From Nemertoderma westbladi (Eukaryota > Animalia > Xenacoelomorpha): DNA of 64,000 bases. The stretch lies in NCBI GenBank assembly GCA_032718475.1, contig JAUCBJ010008260.1:14623-78622 (forward strand), given 5' to 3'. The translations under genes and the position numbers were made by a program. The notes under the pieces are model-generated. The model had not been told where the DNA came from. It worked only from the letters and a program-made list of their open reading frames with translations, and did no database searches. Below, in pieces: positions 50,401 through 60,798 of this stretch. Within the stretch, counting starts at the first letter, position 1. The number at the start of each line of letters is the position of its first letter.

Positions 50401-53400
50401 TTTCGAACTTTGGGCCAGACGGGCAGACGCCAGGCAGACAATGCCTATTTGGCCCGACCTAAATTAAGTGTTAGTTAGGTCTCACAGACGCGCGTTTACT
50501 CATATGAATATCATTCGATCGAATCGAGTCGATGAGAAAATTGTTTAATTATACGCGCGCATTGTATTCAAGCAACGCTTTGTCTTGTTTTTCATAGAAC
50601 TTACTTCATTCATGTTGGTTGAGGCGAAATAACTATTTACGTACTAATTTGTAAAGAAGCACTTTACAGTGTAATGATTTGTAATGGTTTGTTACACGAA
50701 AGAAAGTAGCGAATGGTGCAAATAAAGAGGTTCATATTCACTAACAAAATTAGTTTGCAGAAAGAATATATGTAATGCGAAGTTTATTCCAGAATTCTTA
50801 CGTGAAATTGCGAAGTAACTTTTTCTATAGAAATAGTGTCCATATTTTGGAATATACGTACATCTACCACACGACTCTAGGGTGTTCCCGCACAGCGACA
50901 TATCCACAGTTCGCGATCATCCATATCACTCGTGATTTTCAAGACCGCTGTCTTTCAGTAGACGATTCAGGGATTTCAATGTCTGTCGGCCACCACATTT
51001 CCTCTCGCCGGACGACTGTTATAGAACTAGATTATGCAGAGACTGGTCAGCTCTACGATGGTAGTGACCGGAAAGTCTCACTGGAAATGCCTGCAGGGTG
51101 TTGCTGGGCTTCGGCAATTCTTGATAACTTCCGAGATTTTACAATGCCTTGTTTGTTAGGCATTGTATTTTTGCCACGAACCCTGGGCAGCATTGCGGTG
51201 TATGTATAGATACCATCATCAAGTAATCTGGTTTAAGAGCCCAACAGTGGCTGTCATATAGCAGAACAGGCTCTCTACTGTTGTCCGAAATCAATTACAG
51301 TCAGAGAGTGTGTGATTCCAGGGGATTTACATCCCTTTAATGGCTTATGTAAAGCAGAGTGTATTAAGATGCCTCGTTCTTTAGTATTCGTACGTCTTCA
51401 GCGGATCTCCGAATCCAACACCCTATAGAATAGGTAGCCTAAATCATCTACATGACCAACCGGACCATCCAACAGCTGAACACACGATGCTCAATGACCT
51501 CCTGATGGGGGGAATCCAAGATTACTGTGACGATTTGGGACTTTGTAGCATTTATAAATAGACCAAAATTAGATGATGGTTTGTTAACATAAATTTAGAG
51601 AAAGGAACACGTGACAGTGACAGTCTATGTTAACCAAAACAATAAACGAAAGTGAATAGCACATGTGAAAGACTTCAGTTTAATTTTTACTTTTAATCAG
51701 CTGTTTTTTTGCGTGTGGAGACTGCTTATCTATCTGCAAATGACATGACAAACATTACCTGTCTCACTCTTAGATTATCAAAAATTTCTTAACAAAAATA
51801 AAGTAATAAGTTTATTTAATTATCCTCAAGGAATCGATTTAGGGCCCCTGAATTCCACAATTCGGTCTACCGCTGTACCGTTTGCTATGTTTTTGAAGAT
51901 CTTTCTAGCAAGCTACAATGATGATACTCAAAGTTCACAATCGCCCGCGATTCCAAAATGTACATACAGTCAATAAAATCTAATTATTTCAAAGGAAGTT
52001 TTTAAAATAAAACAAACACACTATACACAACACACAATACAATAGGAATAAGATAAAACACTAGTCATTAGTACTGATCTCGGAGGTCAGACCCACCCAG
52101 ACCCGCATTATCCACAAACCAAAGAGACCTCTATGGTCTCTGGCTGCCCTTAAACGGAGGTCCAGTCGACATGTCGTTAAATGTACCGGTAGAGTATGCA
52201 GATAGTCAGTAAAATGAAAGTAAGTGGATGTTGGCCTGTACGAGTACGTTCAAGGTGGACCGGCAACGGGCCTAACTCATAGTCAGCTATGGACCCTACT
52301 GCTATCTCACCCGCCGTAAAACAATCCTCACCCGCCGTATAAATTTCTATAATTAGTCCATCATTTCCTACGTAGTTTCGTAATATTTCCATTTTCGAAT
52401 AAAAGTTATATATTGAAAACCAAACAAGATTAAAGGATCATTTGCACTGGAGGGTCTTGGGTGATGCGGCCTGACACAATTATAGCCATCGCTACTACAA
52501 TGCGAGTACAGTACGTTAAACATCTGTCTGTCCATTAAAAGAAACGCAGTGAAGTAAAGGGAATAAGTAATAACCTAAAATATAAGGCGATATACTGTGA
52601 TGTTCATTGTTTATGCACCGCGTATGTTAGAGTTACGAGAGGCCAAGGAGAATAATTATCGATGAGTTTACAAGATGCGCCAATATTCCACTCACTTATT
52701 GCGCGATGGCATACAAGTAATTACCCAATCAAGGAATCCAAATGTTCGCGAGTGGAGAGGGTTTAATCGATAAGCCGCGAAACATTCTACGCATCAGCTA
52801 AAATAATAGGGAGCAACACGTAACTAAAGGCCGCTTGGGAATGTATTGAGCGGCGGAGAATGTGTCAGCTGCGTTGGGACAGATGATGGGAATGTGGATA
52901 CATTGTGGCGCAGTTGGGCCGCAATGGGAGGGGGAAGGGGGTGGGGAATACAGTGGAAAAACTCAAGTACATAGGAATTAAAAAGGAATAAATAATTACT
53001 CAATAACGGTGCTTTACTAAACATTGAAACAATTGAGTCATACACAGCGGTTACTGTATGCAGCTAAATAATAACAACTTCAAGGCAAAAAGCGCAATAT
53101 GGAATATCGACCTGCACAGTAAAGCCCGGCCACAGATACACTTCGCTGTGAGAGTGCGGTGACAGCGCTGTGAGAGTGAGGTGACAGCTCTGTGAGAGTG
53201 AGGTGACGGCTCTGTGAGAGTGAGGTGACAGCGCTGTGAGAGTGAGGTGAAGGCGCTGTGAGAGTGAGGTGACGGCTCTGTGAGAGTGCGGTGACGGCTC
53301 TGTGAGAATGCGATGACAGCGCTGTAACTTTGCTGATAGCAAAAATACTAACAATTATTTACACAATAAATAACTTCCTAACGTCATAATGAATAATTAT

Positions 53401-56400
53401 AAACTCAAAAACATTAAGTTTAATTTTTCACTATCTGTATGTCCATTTCCCATTTAGAAAGTCTGAATACTATTATAGACAAATATACATTGTATTACCG
53501 GTACCTGAACTTACAGCTGATAATAAATAATAAGAAGTTTAACTTACTACGGCTGACGTGATCAACTCGTGGGAACCGCGTTACATCGCTGCCACCGATA
53601 ACGGAAAATCCGAAGCGAACTTCGTCGGCGAGAACGTAAAGAGTCGTAACTAGTGTCCGACCCTGCGGGGGGGGGGGGGGGGGGATAAATAGAACATAAA
53701 GTGTCGTAACTAGTGTCCGACCCTGCGCGGGGGGGGGGGGGGGGGGGGGAGGGGGATAAATAGAACATAAAGAGTAGTAACTAGTGTCCGACCCTGCGGG
53801 GGGGGGGGGGGGTAAATAGAACGTAAAGAGTCGTAACTAGTGTCCGACCCTGCGGGGGGCGGGTAAATAGAACGTAAAGAGTAGTAACTAGTGTCCGACC
53901 CTGCGGGGGGGGGGGGGGGGGGGTAAATAGAACGTAAAGAGTCGTAACTAGTGTCCGACCCTGCGGGGGGCGGGTAAATAGAACGTAAAGAGTCGTAACT
54001 AGTGTCCGACCCTGCGGGGGGGGGGGGGTAAATAGAACGTAAAGAGTAGTAACTAGTGTCCGACCCTGCGGGGGGGGGGGGGGGTAAATAGAACGTAAAG
54101 AGTCGTAACTAGTGTCCGACCCTGCGGGGGGTGGGGGGGGGTAATGCTGGAACGCGGAATAAACAGCGTCGAATATTTAGTAATCCATCAGGTGGACTGA
54201 TGTTCTACAAACTTTATTACAAATTCCAGTTCCCTCGTTGGGCAGAAAAATCTTAGGGGACGAATATTTTTATCGTCAATCGTATCAAATGACGAACGAG
54301 CAGTATAATTCGTAAATTAGGATTCTTGAAAGTTAATTGAATTGATGGCAATTCCTATCGTGTCACACTGAGTGTATTTATTAGGTATGGTGTCCCCCTA
54401 TTAGCTGAACAATTGCCCGGGTAAGGAGGGAGTGCGCTGAGTCAATAGAATAGTAACAACATACACATGGAGGACAATTACAGCTAATGGACAAGCGTTT
54501 AATGTCATCACTGAGCTTCCACAGAATTTGGACATATCCATCTTCCATTCTCCTCCTTCCACGCAGCACCACAGGAGACGAAATAAATTGACCTGCCATG
54601 TTCCCCACCCTGTCAGCATGGCATCGCTGTTTGGCCTCCCGTACTGCAGTAGATTTACAAGAAATGTGACCGAGCTGGGATCCCATTAAAAAATACCCAT
54701 CCATATTATCGCCTGGGAAAATTGGGCGTACCTTCAGGCAAATTAAATAAGATTAGAACATCGTTGTGCAAAACCCCGACCAATTTATCCCTAAAACCTT
54801 GAGTGGCCTCTCTCTATGTTTCCAAAATTAGATTGTCAATTAATTGCCCCAAGCTCCTTTCTGGGATTCAACTAAAATTTTGCAGTCAGAGTAGGTAGTC
54901 AAGTTGTTGAGTTCATGAAAGAATTGATGGTGCTTTAATAAATTGATATGCGTACCGGTACCGGTAGACATAGGCTGCTACTTTACTTCCTACTTGGAAG
55001 GCTACACGGATATCGGTGACGACTTTGGTTACTTACCGTGTTATAAGAAACGCGTTTGATTGGATTGGCTTCCATTTTAATTGCTGTAGCCGCCCCATTT
55101 CGGGGAGGAATCCTACCGGTCTTGGAAGGATATCCGCTCCCCACGACGCCATTCTGTAATAAAATCAAAAATAGCAATATACGGTAGGAGACAGGGGGGG
55201 GGGGGGGGGGGGGTGACTTAACGCAAATCCCATCTCGCGAATTAATATCCCGTTACAGTGATTCGGTATTCTAACCAAAACAATAAACGAAAGTCAAAAG
55301 AACATGTTAAATTTATATTTTTGGGATTAATCCGCTGTTATTTGCACCGATTTTCCCCTGGAGAGGAGAGGGGTGAATTATGTTTGCGTTGAAACCTACT
55401 ATACCGTAAAAACCCTCACGTCGCTACGAATAAACTTTACTTATTTTCCACGGAAATATCAAGGATAATTGTCAATCCTTTCCTCCTCCCTCCCTCATTA
55501 ATTATACTTGCGATTGGTTTCGCATATTACAGTGAGACACCCGGCCGTGAGCTGTCACGTACGTGCGGCGGCTCATAGAACTGTTAGTAAAAATAAAGTT
55601 ATAAGTAAATCTAAAACGATACGAAACACCGAGGGGAAAAAATTCGAAGAACTGTGTAACTAGTGATGTAATAATCGTACCGGTGCGGTATAATGTTACT
55701 ATAAAAAGAAACAATTTAATTATTATGTAGTCTATGCTAATTATTATTTTTGTCCCTTATTGTCTGGACGTTCAGACAGCATGATGGTAGAAATCGCAAC
55801 TGAGAAACAATACAGAATAGGCTGCTCGACAATTCGAAATCAATATCTAATTATTAGGCCTATGGTATTATGTTCAACATGTGCATTACTTTTACAGCTA
55901 CAGACATAGCGAATAAGTTATTTTCTAACATTCATTTTCATCATTCACAATTTCCACCAGGGGATTGATTCCATGCTGTAATTATGGTTCGATTGTAGTT
56001 TGTTGCACTATAAGGAATTTATGGACCTACATATAATTATATATAACAACTCAAAGAATATAATACATATTTGATTCGATTACGCCAAAATACTTTGTGT
56101 ATAAATAAATAGAATATGATTCTATTAAATTTAATACTATTTAATTAAAAACGCATTGTTCTAAAAAAGGTAATAAATTTTATCGTCGTCCACCAAAAAA
56201 TAAAACCCAAACGCATACATAATACTTTGGATTAATACAATTGACCGGTAATTTTAGTTCAGGTTGTCTACTACTACTACTACTAGGATTGGCATGCTGC
56301 ATTGCAGCTGCATTTTTAAGAAAGCTGTGCCGGCTTGTCGACAAAATTGCGCCGCCACAACTCCCTATCACCCACGACATTTGCTAGATCATCCGCATCT

Positions 56401-59400
56401 TCAAGGCCAGTGTCCTTTAAGATGCGTCTCAAGAAAGTCATGGGTTGTCCACCATGCTTCAGGTTGTCTTGGAGGCTAGTGCGTCGGGAAGAAAGGTCGA
56501 GAGTTCGAGAATCGAGACCAGAAAGCCGGCACAGCATTCTTAATATATGTAATATTATATAATGCAGCTGCAATGAAGCATGCTGATAGTAATAGTAGTA
56601 GTAGTAGAGACCCAGAAAAGGAGCAGTCCAGTTTTCGTTAAGTTATCGTCCTTTTTTCTCTAGTTGTAACTAGCTTCAGTCAACCCAGAAATATAAAGGC
56701 CTAAATAAAAGGCACCCTGCCAGTTTTTATAACTCAACGACACAATGATGAACCTACACCCACTGCACCATCATTCATCATTTCATTCCGGACTTTACGC
56801 CACCGGCGGCTATATTTAAAATGGTCTGGCGAAATAGGTAAATATTACATAAAACACAGTTAGTAATGGTGCAGTGATGGTATGATCCGCTCCAACAGGA
56901 AATATAAAAGGGTCTAGCAATTAAAAAGAGAATGCATCTAGTATTAAGCACTTCAGAGTATTACAGTATGATTAGTAATTAAGAGCAAATGCAGTGAAAC
57001 GTTACATGGCAACAGGTAAAATATAATATATAAAAAAAAAGTTTAAAATCACATGAAACTGGCTAAATGGTCAAATTACAATGCTGGTACAGGACAGTAG
57101 TACCTTGTAAAGATGTAACGACTAGTTTACCTGCACTGAATACGGTACCTCTTTCTGTAATTCTGGAACAAGCTGTGACAACAAACTATTATATGGATCT
57201 TATTACTGGATTTTTTTTTATTGATGAATTTTATTGTGCAGTGCCATAAATTTTATTTAACATGATATGCAACATGTTTTTTATTTGTTAATATAATTGT
57301 CGGCTCGACTGATTCTGATATTCCCGATGAAATGAAATGAAACGGACGTTGGGAATTCGTGTGGCGCCTGTCTTACAGGTAACAGCCAAGAGAGAGGCGG
57401 AGGACCACACGTTCTCCGATCACTCACCTATAATTAATTTTGAATTTAAAAATACAGTTAATTAAAACGAAGTTGACCAAATTGTTACAAATATTTTGAC
57501 CTAAACTATTGGATGTAAACAGACTGTATTCATAGAACGATTTTTAATAGAGACAAACACCTAAAGAATATCAGTATCAAACGTTTAGATATTTCACTTA
57601 AGTCCGCTAAACTCGCAGAATCTCAAATCCATTAACCAATTCGACGCAGTTAGAGTTACCAAAATAAGCTGAAACCTGAATAATTATAATTACCCAGGTC
57701 ACACATCCGTTGGGTTCAACATAGCCGATCCATTTGGATAGAAATAAAGTAGCTGTAATGGATTAATTGGTACGAGAACACAAGAGTTTCAAATCTCTGG
57801 GGGATAATTGAAGGAAAATTGATTGGCCCAGGAGCGGGCGATACGAGACTGAGTAATGCGCAACAACACTCCAGGAGGTCGACAATAATCGCCCTGACTT
57901 TTCCCGTCTCTTTAGCAAAGCGCCTCGCAACAAAAGCTCAAATCGCTGGGCTTAGATGATTAAGCGGAGTTCAGTTGCTTCAAACCCGATAGAATCCCCT
58001 CTGATACAAAAGTCGCTCGTTAATTCAGTTTTCCCCAGGAAGTCCCGCTTCCCGACACAGTTTCCTCGCCGTCACACCAACTCCCGGGGTCACAAATTAA
58101 ACCTAATAAGTCGCACAAACGTCTGGAATATTTTATGGAAGATATTTATTTTATTCCACAAAATTGAATTTTTTACGGACGAAAACTGACAACGTTTTTC
58201 CTATAAATATGAGATTTACTTTTATTCCTAGGAAAAGAATTAAGCTAATGCAATTCTATTTCTAAAAAAAAATGATGAATGTTTGTTTACTTTTAATCCT
58301 GCAATGTGTGCTAGTACTGCTGTACAGTACCAGTACACTTGCTATGAATCATTCATCAGCAATCGGCTGTTGCACTTCAGTGTTTCAGTTACAGTTTCAG
58401 CCCTATCGCTACCGGTACAATTTGAAGTGAAAGAGGGCCACACCTATCCAATAAATCCATGGTGACGAAGGCGGACTACTCAGTTACTCCCTTGGTATTA
58501 TGGTTTGTTTACAGAAAGCAATGAGGTAAAAAATAATTATTTATTATATGGGAAAAATTAGAACTTTTTTTCACTATTCTCGAGGCATTTTATTTACCAG
58601 GCGCCAGCGAGGTTAATTTAAAGGGTCGAGAGAATATTGAAAAAATGTTCTAAGTTTTTTCCCCATGTAATACGTCATTTTATTCTTAAAATGGAACTTT
58701 TATGTTGCTTAATACTTTAATAAAAGATAGAGCGATATAGTATTACAAAATAATAATAAATTGAAATATAGCATTTAACTATATTGCTTTTATAGTTACT
58801 GCGATTCAAATTATTGTACTCTTCAACTCCTGATGCTGCCTTATTAACTGAATAGTATATAATAGTATATAATAATATGGATATTGAGTTGCGTGTTGAA
58901 GTACGCCTTGCAGACACTAAAGTTACAAAAACTTTTGAGGATGTGCATAGAATTTGCTAAAATTACTTGCAAAGCTTTTCTACTTAACAATATAATCAAA
59001 CAAAATTTAAGCCTTTAATTCATCCTTGGCTGGTTGATAAATAGGAAGATTATAACTAGGAAGATTACTGTGGTGAACAGGCATTCCTTTAGGAAACAGA
59101 GTGGAAAGGTTTACTGTGGAAGATCACCCATGCTGGTGAACAGGCATTCCTTTAGGAAACAGAGTGGAAAGGTTTACTGTAGAAGATCACCCATGGTGGT
59201 GAACAGGCATTCCTTTAGGAAACAGAGTGGAAGGGTTTACTGTAGAAGATCACCCATGGTGGTGAACAGGTATTCCTTTAGGAAACAGGGTCGAACTTGG
59301 GTTTAATGTGGAAGATCACCCATGGTGGTGAACAGGCATTCCTTTAGGAAACAGAGTGGAAGGGTTTACTTACTGTGGAAGATCACCCATGGTGGTGAAC

Positions 59401-60798
59401 AGGCATTCCTTTAGGAAACATAGTGGAAGGGTTTAATGTGGAAGATCACCCATGGTGGTGAACAGGCATTCCTTTAGGAAACAGAGTGGAAGGGTTTACT
59501 GTGGGAGATCACCCATGGTGGTGAACAGGTGTTCCTTTAGGAAACAGAGTGGAAAGGTTTACTTACTGTGGAAGATCACCCATGGTGGTGAACAGGCATT
59601 CCTTTAGGAAACAGAGTGGAACGGTTTACTGCGGAAGATCACCCATGGTGGTGAACAGGCATTCCTTTAGGAAACAGAGCGGAAGGGTTTACTGTGGAAG
59701 ATCACCCATTATTATTTTACATAAATTTATTGTTATTAAACCGAAAATCATGCAGTAAAACTCAAACATCGATTATGGTGAAGCCACTTAATATGATTAA
59801 GTGGCTAGGGGTTAAGTTACACTTACAAGAATATTAAGTCATGATGTAACCCGTAAAATAACCTTAAAAAATGTTGAACTGCTCCACATATAGCCCAAAG
59901 ACAATTTTATTGAGGCGGTCACCAAAAGTGGGTGCATTCTGAATTTTTTAAAATTTAACATATGAACAAATACAAATAATATATAAGAACAAACATAAAT
60001 AAAGCAACATTTTGTTCTAAAAAATAACAAATATAAATAAATCAGTTTCATGATTGTATAGAAGCTCAAGTGACAAAATAGAAGACAAAAAAGTGTTAGA
60101 GATATACTGTAGGGTTGGAAGATGATCTGTAGTAAGAAAAGACAATTCTATGAATTTTAGTTAGAAGGGAATGTTGGATTCATTATGCTGATTACTAAAG
60201 TTAATTACATCCAAAAATGAAACTGTTGTAACCTGTTGTTCTATCTACTTTAGTTTCTTGTTTTGGTTAGAATTACGTGCCACTGAAACTTGCTCCTTTC
60301 CCTTAATTTTATAATTTAACATTTAATTCGCCCCCCACCCCCCACCCACCCCCCCCCCCCCCCCCCCCCCCCCACTGTCTCGAAAAACAATTACAATTAC
60401 ACTCGAATTACAATAACTTTTAAAGGAAATAGTTTGTAATATTTGATTTCCACCAAAATAAAATTCATTGCATTGCGTTAGACAAAGGAGGTCAATGGAT
60501 CAAAGTTCGAATTTAATGGAGAAAAAGTTTGGATTTATTTGAAGAAAATCTGAAACCCATTAGAAAAATATCCACATGTTGATTTTCAACCAAGAATACA
60601 ACAACATTACAGTAATCCTATTTATAGTAAATATATTGCAGTACACGGACTCACCATTGTAGCTGTGTTCGGATGGGGGTGCTTCTTAGGCGACTGTTTG
60701 TAGGGTCTGCCCGTCTGGGACCTGTGCGGTGACTCACTGTGAGACCTAGTGTTCCCCCTAGCGGGGGTAAGGGAATCGTCGGCATTCCAAAACAACAT
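26487..60798 (-). CDS. PALS1: MAGUK p55-subfamily protein, PALS1/MPP5/Stardust-like (PDZ - Pro-rich - L27 - L27 - PDZ - SH3 - HOOK - GuK), ~968 aa, 16 exons
   Basis: Exons: 60798-60655, 55153-55037, 53662-53548, 48800-48691, 47250-47193, 44352-43621, 43316-43120, 42566-42372, 42089-41981, 41449-41283, 40586-40387, 39835-39682, 39517-39403, 39303-39101, 29640-29530, 26666-26487. All introns are GT-AG and all phases join into one 2907-nt ORF. The PDZ ([26 protein letters not shown]), SH3 (PCRELGL.F..GD.LHV.SQDD.NWWQAYR.G...LAGLVP) and C-terminus ([14 protein letters not shown]) closely resemble PALS1. Exons 7-16 are well supported; exon 1 and the start codon are least certain. Confidence 0.82.
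27734..28926 (-). mobile_element. 5'-truncated non-LTR retrotransposon (RTE-like reverse transcriptase, frameshifted) with a (TAG)n tail, in MAGUK intron 15
   Basis: [49 protein letters not shown]. An 8-bp duplication near 28060-28076 shifts the frame; the stop codon is followed by TAG repeats. Confidence 0.93.
28928..29204 (+). mobile_element. Non-autonomous Helitron-like element
   Basis: Starts A|TCTATAC, carries a (CTGT)/(CT)n tract near the 5' end, has an imperfect subterminal hairpin, and ends CTAG|T. These are Helitron-type termini and an A|T target. Confidence 0.6.
30058..39111. repeat. 34-bp satellite (~265 copies) filling MAGUK intron 14; unit TTTACCTCTGGGTTTATGTAAATAAAGCTCTATA
   Basis: Directly visible tandem array overlapping the last 11-12 nt of exon 14. 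Copy number estimated as length/34. Confidence 0.99.
46870..47160 (-). mobile_element. tRNA-derived SINE remnant
   Basis: On the minus strand, A-box-like TGGTGTAGTGG and B-box-like GTGGGTTCGATCCT followed by a non-tRNA body; no intact cloverleaf. Confidence 0.6.
47193..53662 (-). CDS. Three small exons (53662-53548, 48800-48691, 47250-47193) encoding an N-terminal PDZ domain of the MAGUK; missed by the ORF track
   Basis: Joined translation: [88 protein letters not shown]. It shows the carboxylate loop FGFSV.GG, the DE...VN motif and the alphaB His. All three donors are GTAAGT. Confidence 0.85.
48177..48660. repeat. 22/23-bp minisatellite (CTACGA(A)CTACCCTTATCCCAAC, ~21 copies), 30 nt into MAGUK intron 4
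   Basis: Direct reading. Confidence 0.97.
49995..50330 (+). mobile_element. Degraded LINE 3' end (same family as 16145-16615)
   Basis: Visible similarity: CGCCTCCGCTTTACAGGACATTGC, CTTAAAGGACACT, AATGCAGCTGCAATGCAGCATGCC. Confidence 0.75.
50900..51560 (-). mobile_element. Possible highly degraded LINE RT remnant
   Basis: The minus strand gives NATKSQ and VDDLGYL, resembling NATKTE and VDDFQYL of the element at 27734-28926; otherwise broken. Confidence 0.3.
53146..53325. repeat. 22-bp minisatellite (CTGTGAGAGTGAGGTGACAGCG, ~8 copies) in MAGUK intron 3
   Basis: Direct reading. Confidence 0.95.
53631..54145. repeat. 51-71-bp tandem repeat spanning the exon-3 splice acceptor (9 acceptor copies)
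   Basis: GAACGTAAAGAGTCGTAACTAGTGTCCGACCCTGC(G)nTAAATA repeated. On the minus strand this is (C)nGCAG followed by the first 31 nt of exon 3. Confidence 0.97.
56268..56475 (-). mobile_element. LINE 3' end with (TAG)n tail (same family as 16145-16615)
   Basis: Reverse complement matches 16425-16605; ends in TAGTAGTAG. Confidence 0.8.
56522..56607 (+). mobile_element. Short LINE 3' tail in the opposite orientation
   Basis: AAGCCGGCACAGC...AATGCAGCTGCAATGAAGCATGC...(TAG)n. Confidence 0.7.
58531..58684. repeat. Imperfect palindrome (MITE-like, ~55-bp arms)
   Basis: ATGGGAAAAATTAGAACTTTTTTTCACTATTCTCGA ... TCGAGAGAATATTGAAAAAATGTTCTAAGTTTTTTCCCCAT. Confidence 0.65.
59066..59708. repeat. 63-bp tandem repeat (~10 copies) in MAGUK intron 1
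   Basis: Unit TGGTGAACAGGCATTCCTTTAGGAAACAGAGTGGAAGGGTTTACTGTGGAAGATCACCCATGG; the first two units start at 59071 and 59134. Confidence 0.97.

Noticed and set aside
52177-52392. 71-aa ORF as a MAGUK exon
   Set aside because: The PDZ is complete without it and no compatible splice sites were evident.
59034-59758. ORFs with 21-aa repeats ([12 protein letters not shown]...)
   Set aside because: By-product of a 63-bp unit; indels and stops break the frame between units.
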